46,001 bases of DNA. Source: Bacteroidales bacterium. GTDB taxonomy: Bacteria; Bacteroidota; Bacteroidia; Bacteroidales; UBA932. This document shows, piece by piece, positions 37,262 through 46,001 of this stretch. The stretch covers positions 1 through 46,001 of the forward strand of contig JBOFDL010000084.1 in NCBI GenBank assembly GCA_051646985.1, in the 5' to 3' direction. Position 1 is the stretch's first letter; each line of letters starts with the position of its first letter. Made by a program: the position numbers and the translations under genes. The notes under the pieces are model-generated. The model was not told the DNA's origin. It searched no databases and saw nothing but the letters and a program-made list of their open reading frames with translations.

Positions 37262-38962
37262 TTATTTCATTTTAAGAACATTGCCATTGCTTTGTACAAT
37301 TGCTCGACGTTCTCTTTCTGGCAGAGGATTTTGTATTGGACTTGCGAGGACTCCATAACGAGTTGTTTCAAATTTCCCTCGTTTTTCTTTTTTGACATTC
37401 CCATCAATATATTTAATCAAAAGATGAGCGTCTAATTGTCGCCATATTTGCATTAAAATTTGAGTTTTGGAAAACGAAAATGCTGTTGCTTTATTTATAA
37501 GAAGTTCTCTATTTGTAATATTTTTATTTTCGACAATAAATTGTTGTGCCTCGTAATAGGCTTGACCTTCAAAGGATTGTTGAATTTTAGTAATATCTGC
37601 ACTCATAGACTCATAGCGAGAGTAGGCGAAATTGGCAACACGATTGAATAGCCAAAAGGCCGCCGTTGACGAGTAGTTTGACATACTACCATTACCCACA
37701 CGAAACGCTTCGGGAACTCTATTAACACAAGCAAAAATAGGCACTAAGCATGATGTTGCAGCATCATCTACACCAAACCAAAGCGTACTTAATGGAGTGG
37801 GATTGCGACACTCTGCAACGAACCAAAAGCCTGTTTGTTGTGTTGCAGTAGCACGCTCATGTACATATTTAACGCTATCAACCTCCCACGTCATTGGGCG
37901 CCAACGGTAAGGACAGGCGTAAGCTCCGGCTCCGGCATCAAGACGCATATCTAAGGGAGTCCCCTCATAATGATTGCGCATAGAGGCAGCAATATCTTTT
38001 ACCGTCAAAAGTCGATTAGGGGTGATATAAAGGGGCATTCTTTTCTGAAGATTATGCCCCATAGCATATTCTAAATAAGCAGTATCCATTTCGGGACTTA
38101 CTGTTCTAAAAAATGACCATACACGAGCATCGCAAAAGCGAGCTCCTCCAAAATCAATGGGATTGTAGGTATCAGAAAAAGAGAATTCACTGTCTTTTCC
38201 AGAGAAGTAGCCACAGGCACGCGCAAAATCAATCACGTCATCACTGTAAATAACCTCTACGGTAGGAAGATTGCGTTTCGCAATTTGCTTATAAGTAATT
38301 GCATTTTTTCCATTTGCAAGTGAAAAGGTTTGTATGCGTGCTTGATTAGCATGTCCACTAACACTACCATCGGGAATACGCACAGCGACCCAGACGGCTC
38401 CTTTTGCAAAAGGCTTTTTTTTGGCATTAAATTTTAGGGTTGTTCCTTTTCCTATCATCTCTAGAATCCAAACCTCATCAGCATCTGCAATGGTAAAAGA
38501 TTCGCCACTCGAATAGTAACCATATTTTTCGACCAATTCTCCCATAATAGCAATGGCGTCACGTGCAGAAGTGGCACGCTGTAGAGTAACATAGATAAGA
38601 CTTCCATAATCCATGATTCCTGTAGTATCGCGCAATTCTGAACGTCCACCAAAGGTCGTTTCTGAGATTGCCACACCATGTTCATTAATATTTCCAATTA
38701 CATTGTAGGTTTGAGGAGCTTCTGGAATTTCACCCAAAGGTTTTTGGGTATCCCAATCTATAATTTTGCGCATTGCGCCGTCTTCATGTGTCGCTGCCGA
38801 AAATTGATATAGTTCTCCATACAATGTGTGCGAATCAGCGGCATATGAGATAATGCTTGTTCCATTTTTTGAAGCTCCTTTAGTAACGATGAAATTTGTG
38901 CAAGCTTCAGATTGTAGTTGAGCAAGCCCACCGAGAACGGTTAAGAGAAGGTACTTTTTCAT
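37262..38962 (-). CDS. C69 family dipeptidase (secreted)
   Basis: 566 aa. The signal peptide ends ...LQSEA and is followed by the nucleophile Cys in CTNFIVTKGASKNG, as in C69 peptidases. Its stop codon abuts the mutY ATG. Confidence 0.85.
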   Translation of the reverse strand: MKKYLLLTVLGGLAQLQSEACTNFIVTKGASKNGTSIISYAADSHTLYGELYQFSAATHEDGAMRKIIDWDTQKPLGEIPEAPQTYNVIGNINEHGVAISETTFGGRSELRDTTGIMDYGSLIYVTLQRATSARDAIAIMGELVEKYGYYSSGESFTIADADEVWILEMIGKGTTLKFNAKKKPFAKGAVWVAVRIPDGSVSGHANQARIQTFSLANGKNAITYKQIAKRNLPTVEVIYSDDVIDFARACGYFSGKDSEFSFSDTYNPIDFGGARFCDARVWSFFRTVSPEMDTAYLEYAMGHNLQKRMPLYITPNRLLTVKDIAASMRNHYEGTPLDMRLDAGAGAYACPYRWRPMTWEVDSVKYVHERATATQQTGFWFVAECRNPTPLSTLWFGVDDAATSCLVPIFACVNRVPEAFRVGNGSMSNYSSTAAFWLFNRVANFAYSRYESMSADITKIQQSFEGQAYYEAQQFIVENKNITNRELLINKATAFSFSKTQILMQIWRQLDAHLLIKYIDGNVKKEKRGKFETTRYGVLASPIQNPLPERERRAIVQSNGNVLKMK

Positions 38963-39033
38963 AATGATTGTTGATTAAATAATATTTTTTTTATTTGTAT
39001 CAGATGCGCCATATTTATATGCCAAAAGTTTGG

Positions 39034-39041
39034 CAAAGATA
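39034..39041 (-). promoter_or_regulatory. Candidate -7 promoter box (TATCTTTG on the minus strand) for the dipeptidase-mutY pair
   Basis: The plus strand reads CAAAGATA, about 72 nt upstream of the ATG at 38962. It overlaps the 14-bp palindrome GCCAAAAGTTTGGC (39021-39034). Confidence 0.4.
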
Positions 39042-39199
39042 CAAAAACTAATCAATTTTTAACCTTTAGAGAGTATCATACATACCGTTATAAATAGAAG
39101 TAAAACGGTCTGAAAATATTTATCGTATGGTCTATTCTCAATAATGTAATTCAAAAAAAATACTTATTTAGCATTTGCTTGTATAAATAACTGAATGAA

Positions 39200-39862
39200 C
39201 TAGTCAAGTAAATTCGCAATTGTTTGCAGATTTACGTCCGTAAAGTTAGGGATAGTAATATGGGCATTAGACAATTCTTCCGAAGAACAAATAGAGGTAA
39301 TGCCAATAACTTTCATTTTTGCTCGTAAAGCTGCCTCGACCCCAGCCAAAGCATCCTCCATAACAACGCACCGAGAGGCAGGAAGTTGCATCGCCTCAGC
39401 TGCCTTTAAAAACACTTCAGGATGCGGTTTACCATGAGTAATTTGAGAAGCATTAATAATTGCCTTAAAATAATGTCGAATATTCAATCCATCAAGTATA
39501 AAATCGATATTGTCATCGGGTGCAGACGAGCCTACGCTCATAGGGATATTGTTTTTCTTGAGTTCTTCAAGAAGTGTAGCCAAACCCGCAGTTAAAGCTA
39601 AGTGTGGACGATACAAGTCTCGATATATAGCCTCTTTTTCATCTTCTAACAATTTTGTTTCTTCATCTGACAAATGTTGTCCAAATAGACTACGCATAAT
39701 TTCACTTCCCACCATTCCATTGTATTGATGAAAATTCTCTTTCAACATCACCAATCCATGTCGCTTGCAAAATTCCTGAAATGCAAGAATATGATAAGAG
39801 ACATTACAAATAATTGTACCATCCATATCAAAAATTACTCCAAAATCCTTCATTTTATTCAT
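39200..39862 (-). CDS. HAD-superfamily hydrolase, beta-phosphoglucomutase-like subfamily
   Basis: Motif I is VIFDMDGT. It also has the SSAPD block, the K...GKPHPEVF block and a VMEDALAGVEAA motif IV. The start is placed at the ATG at 39862 (MNKMKDFG...); 39853 is also possible. The longer TTG/ATG-started ORF would leave only 8 bp to the divergent MFS gene. Confidence 0.8.
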   Translation of the reverse strand: MNKMKDFGVIFDMDGTIICNVSYHILAFQEFCKRHGLVMLKENFHQYNGMVGSEIMRSLFGQHLSDEETKLLEDEKEAIYRDLYRPHLALTAGLATLLEELKKNNIPMSVGSSAPDDNIDFILDGLNIRHYFKAIINASQITHGKPHPEVFLKAAEAMQLPASRCVVMEDALAGVEAALRAKMKVIGITSICSSEELSNAHITIPNFTDVNLQTIANLLD

Positions 39863-39954
39863 CTGTTTTAGCGTATTAATTCGTGCGAAGGTAACAAAAT
39901 TATCCAAAATTTGTTGTAATTTCGTTCCCATTTTAATCCACATCAAACACAGTT

Positions 39955-41334
39955 ATGAAGTTACTACTCACGCAGTCAACATGGGCTCGTTGGACGGCAC
40001 TTATCATTGTTTCAATCACGATGTTTTGTGGCAGTTTTTTTTCAGATGTAATGTCGCCACTTAAACCTATGCTTGAGGCTGAATTTAATTGGACTAGCAA
40101 CGAATATGGATTATTTACAAGTGCATACGGTTGGCTTAACGTATTTTTCTTGATGCTTATCTTTGGTGGAATTATTCTCGACAAAATGGGCATACGATTT
40201 ACGGGGCTTGGCGGAGCAATGATTATGCTCATAGGAGCAAGCATCAAATTTTTGGCAATTACACACTCATTTGATGAAGGAGCGACTATTTTTGGCATCC
40301 GCTCTCAAGTTGCTTTTGCGTCAGCAGGCTTTGCACTTTTTGGTGTGGGCATTGAAATTTCAGGACTTACCATTACCAAAGTAATTGTAAAATGGTTCAA
40401 AGGAAGAGAATTAGCACTTGCTTTAGGATTACAAGTTGGGGTTTCTCGTATAGGAACTATGCTTGCCATAGCAACTGCGGCTCCTTTAGCAAAACACTTT
40501 GGGTTTATTGGAGCACCCTTACTTTTCTGCATTGCCTTGTTATGTATAGGACTTGTTGCCTACTTAGTCTATATGATTATGGACAAGCAATTTGACAATG
40601 AACAATTATCACAACAAAAATCCTCCACACAAATTCATGAAGACGAATTTCATTTACTAGACATTAAACAGATACTTATCAACAGAGGATTTTGGCTCAT
40701 TACGCTTTTATGCGTCCTGTTTTATTCTAGTGTATGGCCATTCTTGAAATATGCAACCGACTTAATGGTCAATAAATTTCATGTAAGCACAGAGTTAGCA
40801 GGGAATATACCTGCCATACTTCTCTTACTTGCCCTTGTTTTCTCTCCCATTTTTGGACATCTTTACGACAAAAAAGGAAAAGGGGTTAGTATTATGATTA
40901 CAGGAGGCATATTACTCACATTCGCACATCTTTCTCTTGCCTTACCATTTTTACACCAATGGCAAGTAGCCATTATGTTAATGATAGTATTAGGAATCGC
41001 GTTTTCTTTACTTGCCGCTACAATGTGGCCATCTGTGCCAAAGATTATTCCAGACAAACAATTAGGAACAGCCTACTCTTTGATTTTCTATGTTCAAAAT
41101 ATTGGACTTACTGGCGTACCCTATCTCATAGGCTGGTTATTGAATAAATACTGTATCACTGGCACAAAATTAATCGACGGAAAAGTCATCAACCAATACG
41201 ACTATACTTTACCGATGCTTGTATTTGCTTCCTTTGGCGCATTATCACTCTTAGTTGCTTGTTGGCTCAAAAGAATAGACAAGAAATACACTTATGGACT
41301 TGAAGTACCAAACATTAAAAACGAGTTGCCATAA
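39955..41334 (+). CDS. MFS transporter
   Basis: 459 aa with 12 TM segments in a 6+6 arrangement and a central hydrophilic loop (DNEQLSQQKSSTQIHEDE). Confidence 0.85.
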   Translation: MKLLLTQSTWARWTALIIVSITMFCGSFFSDVMSPLKPMLEAEFNWTSNEYGLFTSAYGWLNVFFLMLIFGGIILDKMGIRFTGLGGAMIMLIGASIKFLAITHSFDEGATIFGIRSQVAFASAGFALFGVGIEISGLTITKVIVKWFKGRELALALGLQVGVSRIGTMLAIATAAPLAKHFGFIGAPLLFCIALLCIGLVAYLVYMIMDKQFDNEQLSQQKSSTQIHEDEFHLLDIKQILINRGFWLITLLCVLFYSSVWPFLKYATDLMVNKFHVSTELAGNIPAILLLLALVFSPIFGHLYDKKGKGVSIMITGGILLTFAHLSLALPFLHQWQVAIMLMIVLGIAFSLLAATMWPSVPKIIPDKQLGTAYSLIFYVQNIGLTGVPYLIGWLLNKYCITGTKLIDGKVINQYDYTLPMLVFASFGALSLLVACWLKRIDKKYTYGLEVPNIKNELP

Positions 41335-41399
41335 ATAATAGTCCAAAGCCTCAATACACTAGAACTTTTCGAGTTACATAATATTTATAATTAAACGAT

Positions 41400-43127
41400 A
41401 TGACTACAGAACTTTCAGAACAAGAAATTGTACGAAGACAATCCTTAGAACAAATCAAGCAAATGGGGATTAACCCCTACCCTGCCGAAGGCTTTGAAGT
41501 AAATGCAAATAGTACGGAAATCGCCCAAAATTATTCTCCCGAAGAAAATAACTATCAAGAAGTAAGCATTGCTGGGCGGATTATGAGCCGTCGGATTATG
41601 GGGAGTGCATCATTTTTTGAACTACAAGATGAAAAAGGACGTATTCAAGTCTATGTCCGCCGAGATGAAATTTGTCCAGAAAACGATGAGGACAAAAAAA
41701 ACTACAATGTTTTTTTTAAAAAACTATTAGACATTGGCGATATTGTTGGCATTAAAGGCTACGCTTTTATTACACAAACCGGAGAACTTTCACTACACGC
41801 AAAAAGCCTAATACTTCTCTCAAAATCCATTAAACCTTTACCAATTGTAAAAGAAAAAGATGGACAAATATACGATGCATTTACCGACCCAGAAAAACGC
41901 TACCGTGAACGATACGTTGACTTGGTCGTAAATCCTCATGTACGAGACACATTTATCAAAAGAACTCAACTCATCAACTCTATGCGAGAGTTTTTGAACA
42001 AAAAATGTGGTTTATTAGAAGTAGAAACGCCCATTCTTCAACCCCTATACGGAGGAGCTGCAGCAAGACCCTTCAAGACGCATCACAACACCTTAGATAT
42101 GACCTTATATCTACGCATTGCCAATGAGTTATATCTCAAAAGACTCATTGTTGGAGGATTTGATGGGGTATATGAATTTGCGAAAGACTTTCGCAACGAA
42201 GGCATGAGCCGTTTTCACAATCCAGAATTCACCCAAATGGAAATGTATGTTGCTTATAAAGACTACAATTGGATGATGGATACTGTAGAAGAAATGGTTG
42301 AAAAAATCGCCATTGACCTACACGGAACAACAGAATTAAAAGTCGGCGAAAACGTGATTAGTTTCAAACGACCTTGGAAACGTTTCACCATGTTCGAAGC
42401 CATTGAACACTTCACAAAAATTGACGTTTCAAAAATGAATGAAGATGAACTTCGTGCAACCGCGACAAAATTAGGAATAGACGTTAATTCAAGTATGGCA
42501 AAAGGAAAATTAATCGACGAAATCTTTGGCGAAACTTGCGAAGCGAAACTCATACAACCGACCTTTATTACGGACTATCCCGAAGAAATGTCTCCCTTAG
42601 CCAAGAAGCACCGTTCTCAAAAAGGACTTGTAGAACGATTTGAAGCAATTTGTAACGGAAAAGAAATTTGCAATGCTTATACCGAACTCAATGACCCCAT
42701 AGACCAACGTCAACGTTTTGAAGAGCAATTACTACTTGCAAAGCGTGGCGACGAAGAAGCAATGTTACTTGACGAAGACTTTTTACAAGCCATAGAATAT
42801 GGCATGCCACCAACGGCAGGATTAGGAATGGGCATTGACCGCTTAGCAATGGTAATGACCAATGCACACTCTATACAAGACGTGTTATTTTTTCCACAAA
42901 TGCGTCCCGAGAAAAAAATCACACGAGATGATGATAGTAAATTTGAGCAAATAGGTATTCCTACAGAATGGATACCCGTAATTCAAAAAATGGGCTACTT
43001 TACAATAGATGCACTTAAAAAAGTAAGTGCCGGAAAACTTTTCAATGACCTTTGTGGAATGAATAAAAAACACAAAATGGGACTTAAAAATCCTTCGACA
43101 GAAGATGTAAAAATGTGGTTAAATTGA
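41400..43127 (+). CDS. lysS: Lysine--tRNA ligase (class II) with a ~70-aa C-terminal extension
   Basis: 575 aa with an OB-fold anticodon-binding domain. Class II motifs are present ([30 protein letters not shown]). Confidence 0.95.
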   Translation: MTTELSEQEIVRRQSLEQIKQMGINPYPAEGFEVNANSTEIAQNYSPEENNYQEVSIAGRIMSRRIMGSASFFELQDEKGRIQVYVRRDEICPENDEDKKNYNVFFKKLLDIGDIVGIKGYAFITQTGELSLHAKSLILLSKSIKPLPIVKEKDGQIYDAFTDPEKRYRERYVDLVVNPHVRDTFIKRTQLINSMREFLNKKCGLLEVETPILQPLYGGAAARPFKTHHNTLDMTLYLRIANELYLKRLIVGGFDGVYEFAKDFRNEGMSRFHNPEFTQMEMYVAYKDYNWMMDTVEEMVEKIAIDLHGTTELKVGENVISFKRPWKRFTMFEAIEHFTKIDVSKMNEDELRATATKLGIDVNSSMAKGKLIDEIFGETCEAKLIQPTFITDYPEEMSPLAKKHRSQKGLVERFEAICNGKEICNAYTELNDPIDQRQRFEEQLLLAKRGDEEAMLLDEDFLQAIEYGMPPTAGLGMGIDRLAMVMTNAHSIQDVLFFPQMRPEKKITRDDDSKFEQIGIPTEWIPVIQKMGYFTIDALKKVSAGKLFNDLCGMNKKHKMGLKNPSTEDVKMWLN

Positions 43128-43154
43128 GAAATATACCCCTTCAATTAATTAACG

Positions 43155-43198
43155 AAAAAACAAAGGCGCAGAGATATATTTCTGCGCCTTTGTTTTTT
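43155..43198. terminator. Bidirectional intrinsic terminator between convergent lysS and the FISUMP gene 43213..44700
   Basis: A perfect 18-bp stem: AAAAAACAAAGGCGCAGA (43155-43172) pairs with TCTGCGCCTTTGTTTTTT (43181-43198), with an 8-nt loop. The A-run and T-run arms give a U-tract on either strand. Confidence 0.85.
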
Positions 43199-43212
43199 TA
43201 TATTATCAAGAC

Positions 43213-44700
43213 TTACAAATCTGCATTATAAGCACGAACACAACGAACAGGTGTGCCAAAATCAGCAACTCCTAAAACCTCAATTCGATAATGAAGCCGA
43301 TTGCTACCAAATTTTATTGTTTCGATTTGAGATTCTGTTCCTGTATTTGTATAAATCCAAGTCGCCTGCCCAACAGCATAATATCTATAAACATTCGCTA
43401 AACCTACGGGCAATACAGAAAAACCATAATAATCTGTAGGGCGTGCGGCATGGTGTCCCTTTGAACCAACGGCTCTCCACCGCCATGTAGGTTTCGTTGC
43501 AGTAGCAAATATACTGTCATCAATCACTGTTTTACGGTCACTCAAAGTATTACGAAATAACAACGGAACTCCGTTTAACAATGTAGTGGGATCATGTCCA
43601 AGCCCTGCTTCTGAATTATGAAAATTATGACATGGGGCCTCTAGTATACTATTCCTTTCTACGGCTGTTTCAGCTTTGTTATCTGTGCAACCACTTGCTT
43701 TATTATACATAACTGCCCAATCTTTACGACCTGGCAATACCCAGCCTAAAGGACAAATACCTTGAGAACTACTATAAACACCTATACCTGTAAATGCTAC
43801 GAATGTTGGAGACAGTCCATTAATGGACATTATAGTAGGTCTTCCATAAATTGCTCCGTAAGTTTTACAGGCAACATCAATATTTGTTGGAGCATTTAAT
43901 AACTCATTAACGCTAACACCGGGCGTTCCGCTAAAACTAGCACCATTTGGACAATAATAGGCTCCAACATTAGATGTTGGGGCGACATTTACGGTGGGAT
44001 TATTGATAAGATTTTTTGTGTAATTTAAGTTTTGTGCTAACCACCAACGTCCTTGACCATTGTTATAAGTACTAAGATGTGGCATCGCTACCATACGATA
44101 TATTTTACAATCACGATGGTCAACCATAAAGCCTTCCCAATTCTTTGCTCCGCCTGTACGCTTTGTACATGCAAGAAGGTCGAAGTTTGGATTTTTGTAA
44201 GGACAATCGGGGTGAATACTTGTGCTATCAACGGTTACATCTGAACCTGCTGCTCCGCATCCTTTACAAGAAAAGTAGGTTTGGTATTTAGATGTCACTC
44301 GTATATGTGCACTATCACCAACTGCAGTATCGGCACTAGTTAGTGCGAAACGTAAACGATACCCCCCTGCAGTAGGATTGCTCAAAACTAAACTGTCGGA
44401 AGAGATAATACAGTTTTTTTGATTGTTCAAAAGACTGTCGATTTTAACTCGGCGAGGAGGATGACTTTTTGAATACATCCAAAACTCTGCGGCATCTGAA
44501 AAACAGGTTTGTTTATCGTACATTATTTCAACAAAGAGTTTTTTGTTGACTAAATCAGCATTGCTCCAAAGGACTGAAAAGGGGGGAACTTGAAAAGAAC
44601 TTGTAGTCTGTCCGTATTGTTGTCCGAAGGTAAAGGTTCCCACTACTAATTGTAATGTAATACTGATTACAATACGTTTTTTAAAAAAATAACTCATCAT
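43213..44700 (-). CDS. Secreted FISUMP-domain protein, paralogue of 22600..24456
   Basis: 495 aa with a signal peptide (...FTFGQQ). Hallmarks are DHRDCKIYRMVAMP...RWWLAQNLNY, GICPLGWVLPGRKDW, YYGFSVLPVG and the C-terminal PVRCVRAY. Confidence 0.75.
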   Translation of the reverse strand: MMSYFFKKRIVISITLQLVVGTFTFGQQYGQTTSSFQVPPFSVLWSNADLVNKKLFVEIMYDKQTCFSDAAEFWMYSKSHPPRRVKIDSLLNNQKNCIISSDSLVLSNPTAGGYRLRFALTSADTAVGDSAHIRVTSKYQTYFSCKGCGAAGSDVTVDSTSIHPDCPYKNPNFDLLACTKRTGGAKNWEGFMVDHRDCKIYRMVAMPHLSTYNNGQGRWWLAQNLNYTKNLINNPTVNVAPTSNVGAYYCPNGASFSGTPGVSVNELLNAPTNIDVACKTYGAIYGRPTIMSINGLSPTFVAFTGIGVYSSSQGICPLGWVLPGRKDWAVMYNKASGCTDNKAETAVERNSILEAPCHNFHNSEAGLGHDPTTLLNGVPLLFRNTLSDRKTVIDDSIFATATKPTWRWRAVGSKGHHAARPTDYYGFSVLPVGLANVYRYYAVGQATWIYTNTGTESQIETIKFGSNRLHYRIEVLGVADFGTPVRCVRAYNADL

Positions 44701-44871
44701 CTTGCTTCAATTGGTTAACTCAATATCGTTTTTTTGAGCAAAAACACATGAAATTCCACTCTATTTTCAACATTATGCATTAAAAAACCCGTATTTCTCT
44801 GCTCTATTTAGTCCTCACAAACTACTTCTAGAGTAGCATAATACCGCGATTGCATATCTCAATATTCTCAT

Positions 44872-44879
44872 TATCTTTG
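44872..44879 (+). promoter_or_regulatory. Candidate -7 promoter box TATCTTTG for the 286-aa secreted protein gene
   Basis: Exact TAnnTTTG match, 56 nt upstream of the ATG at 44936. Confidence 0.4.
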
Positions 44880-44935
44880 CCCCATTAAAAAAACGGAATT
44901 ATATTTTAATTAAAAAATAAAAAAACATCTATATT

Positions 44936-45796
44936 ATGAAACGTATTCTTTTTACAATTCTGGGCATTTCGATAGGCATGTATTCTTTTGCTCAAAAAAT
45001 AGGAAATCCTGCCTCTGCAGAAGATTTAGCCGCATTTTGGAGTTCACAAACTTATGTGGTTGCTACGAATGATAATATCATTTTAGACGCTCTCATTTCA
45101 AGTGCCGTTAAGAAACACTGGAACGTTACACAACACAAGGTAATTAGCACAAAAGAATTTATGGAATTACGTAAAAATCCTAAGAATTCATTCATCACCA
45201 TTACCACCGTACTAGATGGTGCTGATAAAAAAGCAAAATACCAATACCTTAGCGTACTTATGGGACATGAAAAAGCAAAATCAAGCATTGATGCAATGCC
45301 TGAAATTGCCTCTATTCCTTTTGCTTGCGACATGCAAAAAGATGAAATTGCAGAAGGAGCCATGATTGAGACCTGTATTTTATTTCTCCAAAAACACGTC
45401 AAGAATCTTAAAGAAAAAGCCTTTAATGACCGACTTTTAGCAAGCATTCAGCAACCTCTTCAAGCCTACAACTATGATATGAGTGGATTGAAAAATAAAA
45501 CAATCTACATCAGTAAAAATGATGTGGACTCACAAAGTGAAATGCAAGCCGTTGAAACGAAATATCCAAATAAATTCAAATTCGTTACTGATGAAGAGCT
45601 CTCTAGCGCAATCAATAGCAAGGATAGTGCGATTGTTATTGCATACTCGATTTATCCTCAACGCAGTCAAAAAGGAGCTTATGCCTACAAAATGGCGATG
45701 AACTTAGAGGGAGCATTATTCTATTTTTACTTTGAGAAAAAAGCAAAAAATTTCCTCTTCAAAATGAAGGATTTTGAAATGATGGGCAAACAATAA
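44936..45796 (+). CDS. Hypothetical secreted protein (286 aa)
   Basis: Signal peptide MKRILFTILGISIGMYSFAQ|K. I recognise no motif in the rest of the protein. Confidence 0.6.
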   Translation: MKRILFTILGISIGMYSFAQKIGNPASAEDLAAFWSSQTYVVATNDNIILDALISSAVKKHWNVTQHKVISTKEFMELRKNPKNSFITITTVLDGADKKAKYQYLSVLMGHEKAKSSIDAMPEIASIPFACDMQKDEIAEGAMIETCILFLQKHVKNLKEKAFNDRLLASIQQPLQAYNYDMSGLKNKTIYISKNDVDSQSEMQAVETKYPNKFKFVTDEELSSAINSKDSAIVIAYSIYPQRSQKGAYAYKMAMNLEGALFYFYFEKKAKNFLFKMKDFEMMGKQ

Positions 45797-45863
45797 GCAG
45801 AAAATTCTCCAAATAATTCTAGAAGAAAAAACATCTTTATCAAAAAAACACACCTATTAGAAT

Positions 45864-46001
45864 ATGGCAGACGAGAAAGTAATTTTTTCAATGAATGGGG
45901 TAGAAAAAATCTTACCCAATAACAATAAACAAATCTTAAAGAACATCTATTTATCGTTCTTTTATGGGGCAAAGATTGGCATCATCGGATTGAACGGTTC
46001 G
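45864..46001 (+). CDS. ettA: Energy-dependent translational throttle ABC-F ATPase EttA, 5' fragment (46 codons, runs off the window)
   Basis: Absent from the ORF track because no stop codon is reached. The ATG at 45864 gives MADEKVIFSMNGVEKILPNNNKQILKNIYLSFFYGAKIGIIGLNGS. This parallels the E. coli EttA N-terminus (...[27 protein letters not shown]) up to the Walker A loop. Confidence 0.75.
   Translation, partial: MADEKVIFSMNGVEKILPNNNKQILKNIYLSFFYGAKIGIIGLNGS

Noticed and set aside
39863-39946. N-terminal extension of the HAD hydrolase ORF (248 aa).
   Set aside because: It begins with TTG and would leave only 8 bp for two divergent promoters. HAD motif I (DMDGT) normally lies within about 10 residues of the N-terminus. 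A near-consensus box (TACCTTCG, minus strand, 39886-39893) lies inside the extension.

Overview
AT-rich chromosomal segment from a Bacteroidota (probably Bacteroidales-like) genome. The lineage call rests on a type III glutamine synthetase, a T9SS C-terminal sorting domain, two FISUMP-domain paralogues, a DUF5683-like gene after parAB, and recurring TAnnTTTG -7 promoter boxes. I call 35 protein-coding genes, the last one truncated by the window end. I found no rRNA or tRNA genes, no CRISPR-Cas, and no transposase, integrase or phage genes. Most of the window is core housekeeping: truB-tcdA, clpB, a dedA-TPR-dapA-hyp-ligA operon, glnN, an RND efflux operon, PASTA-T9SS cargo-rluD, a deoxynucleoside kinase, a MATE pump, parAB, mutY, a C69 dipeptidase, lysS and ettA. 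I see no convincing new multi-gene system such as a defence or mobile element. Five things deserve a second look. (1) The first ~490 bp are non-coding and carry a tandem 42/43-bp hairpin repeat with a compensatory double substitution, a G5-A-G15 tract and a phased TGCG motif cluster. (2) Two divergent secreted FISUMP-domain paralogues share a Cys-rich CxxC...CPY...GGAKNWEG...RDC module. (3) A PatA/PatB-like MBOAT + SGNH pair sits inside a tightly packed parA-parB-DUF5683-mltD-...-nlpC-plsC gene string. (4) A T9SS cargo gene is translationally coupled between the PASTA gene and rluD. (5) The truB and ligA promoters appear to be almost leaderless. All functional calls come from reading motifs in the supplied translations; no database search was run.
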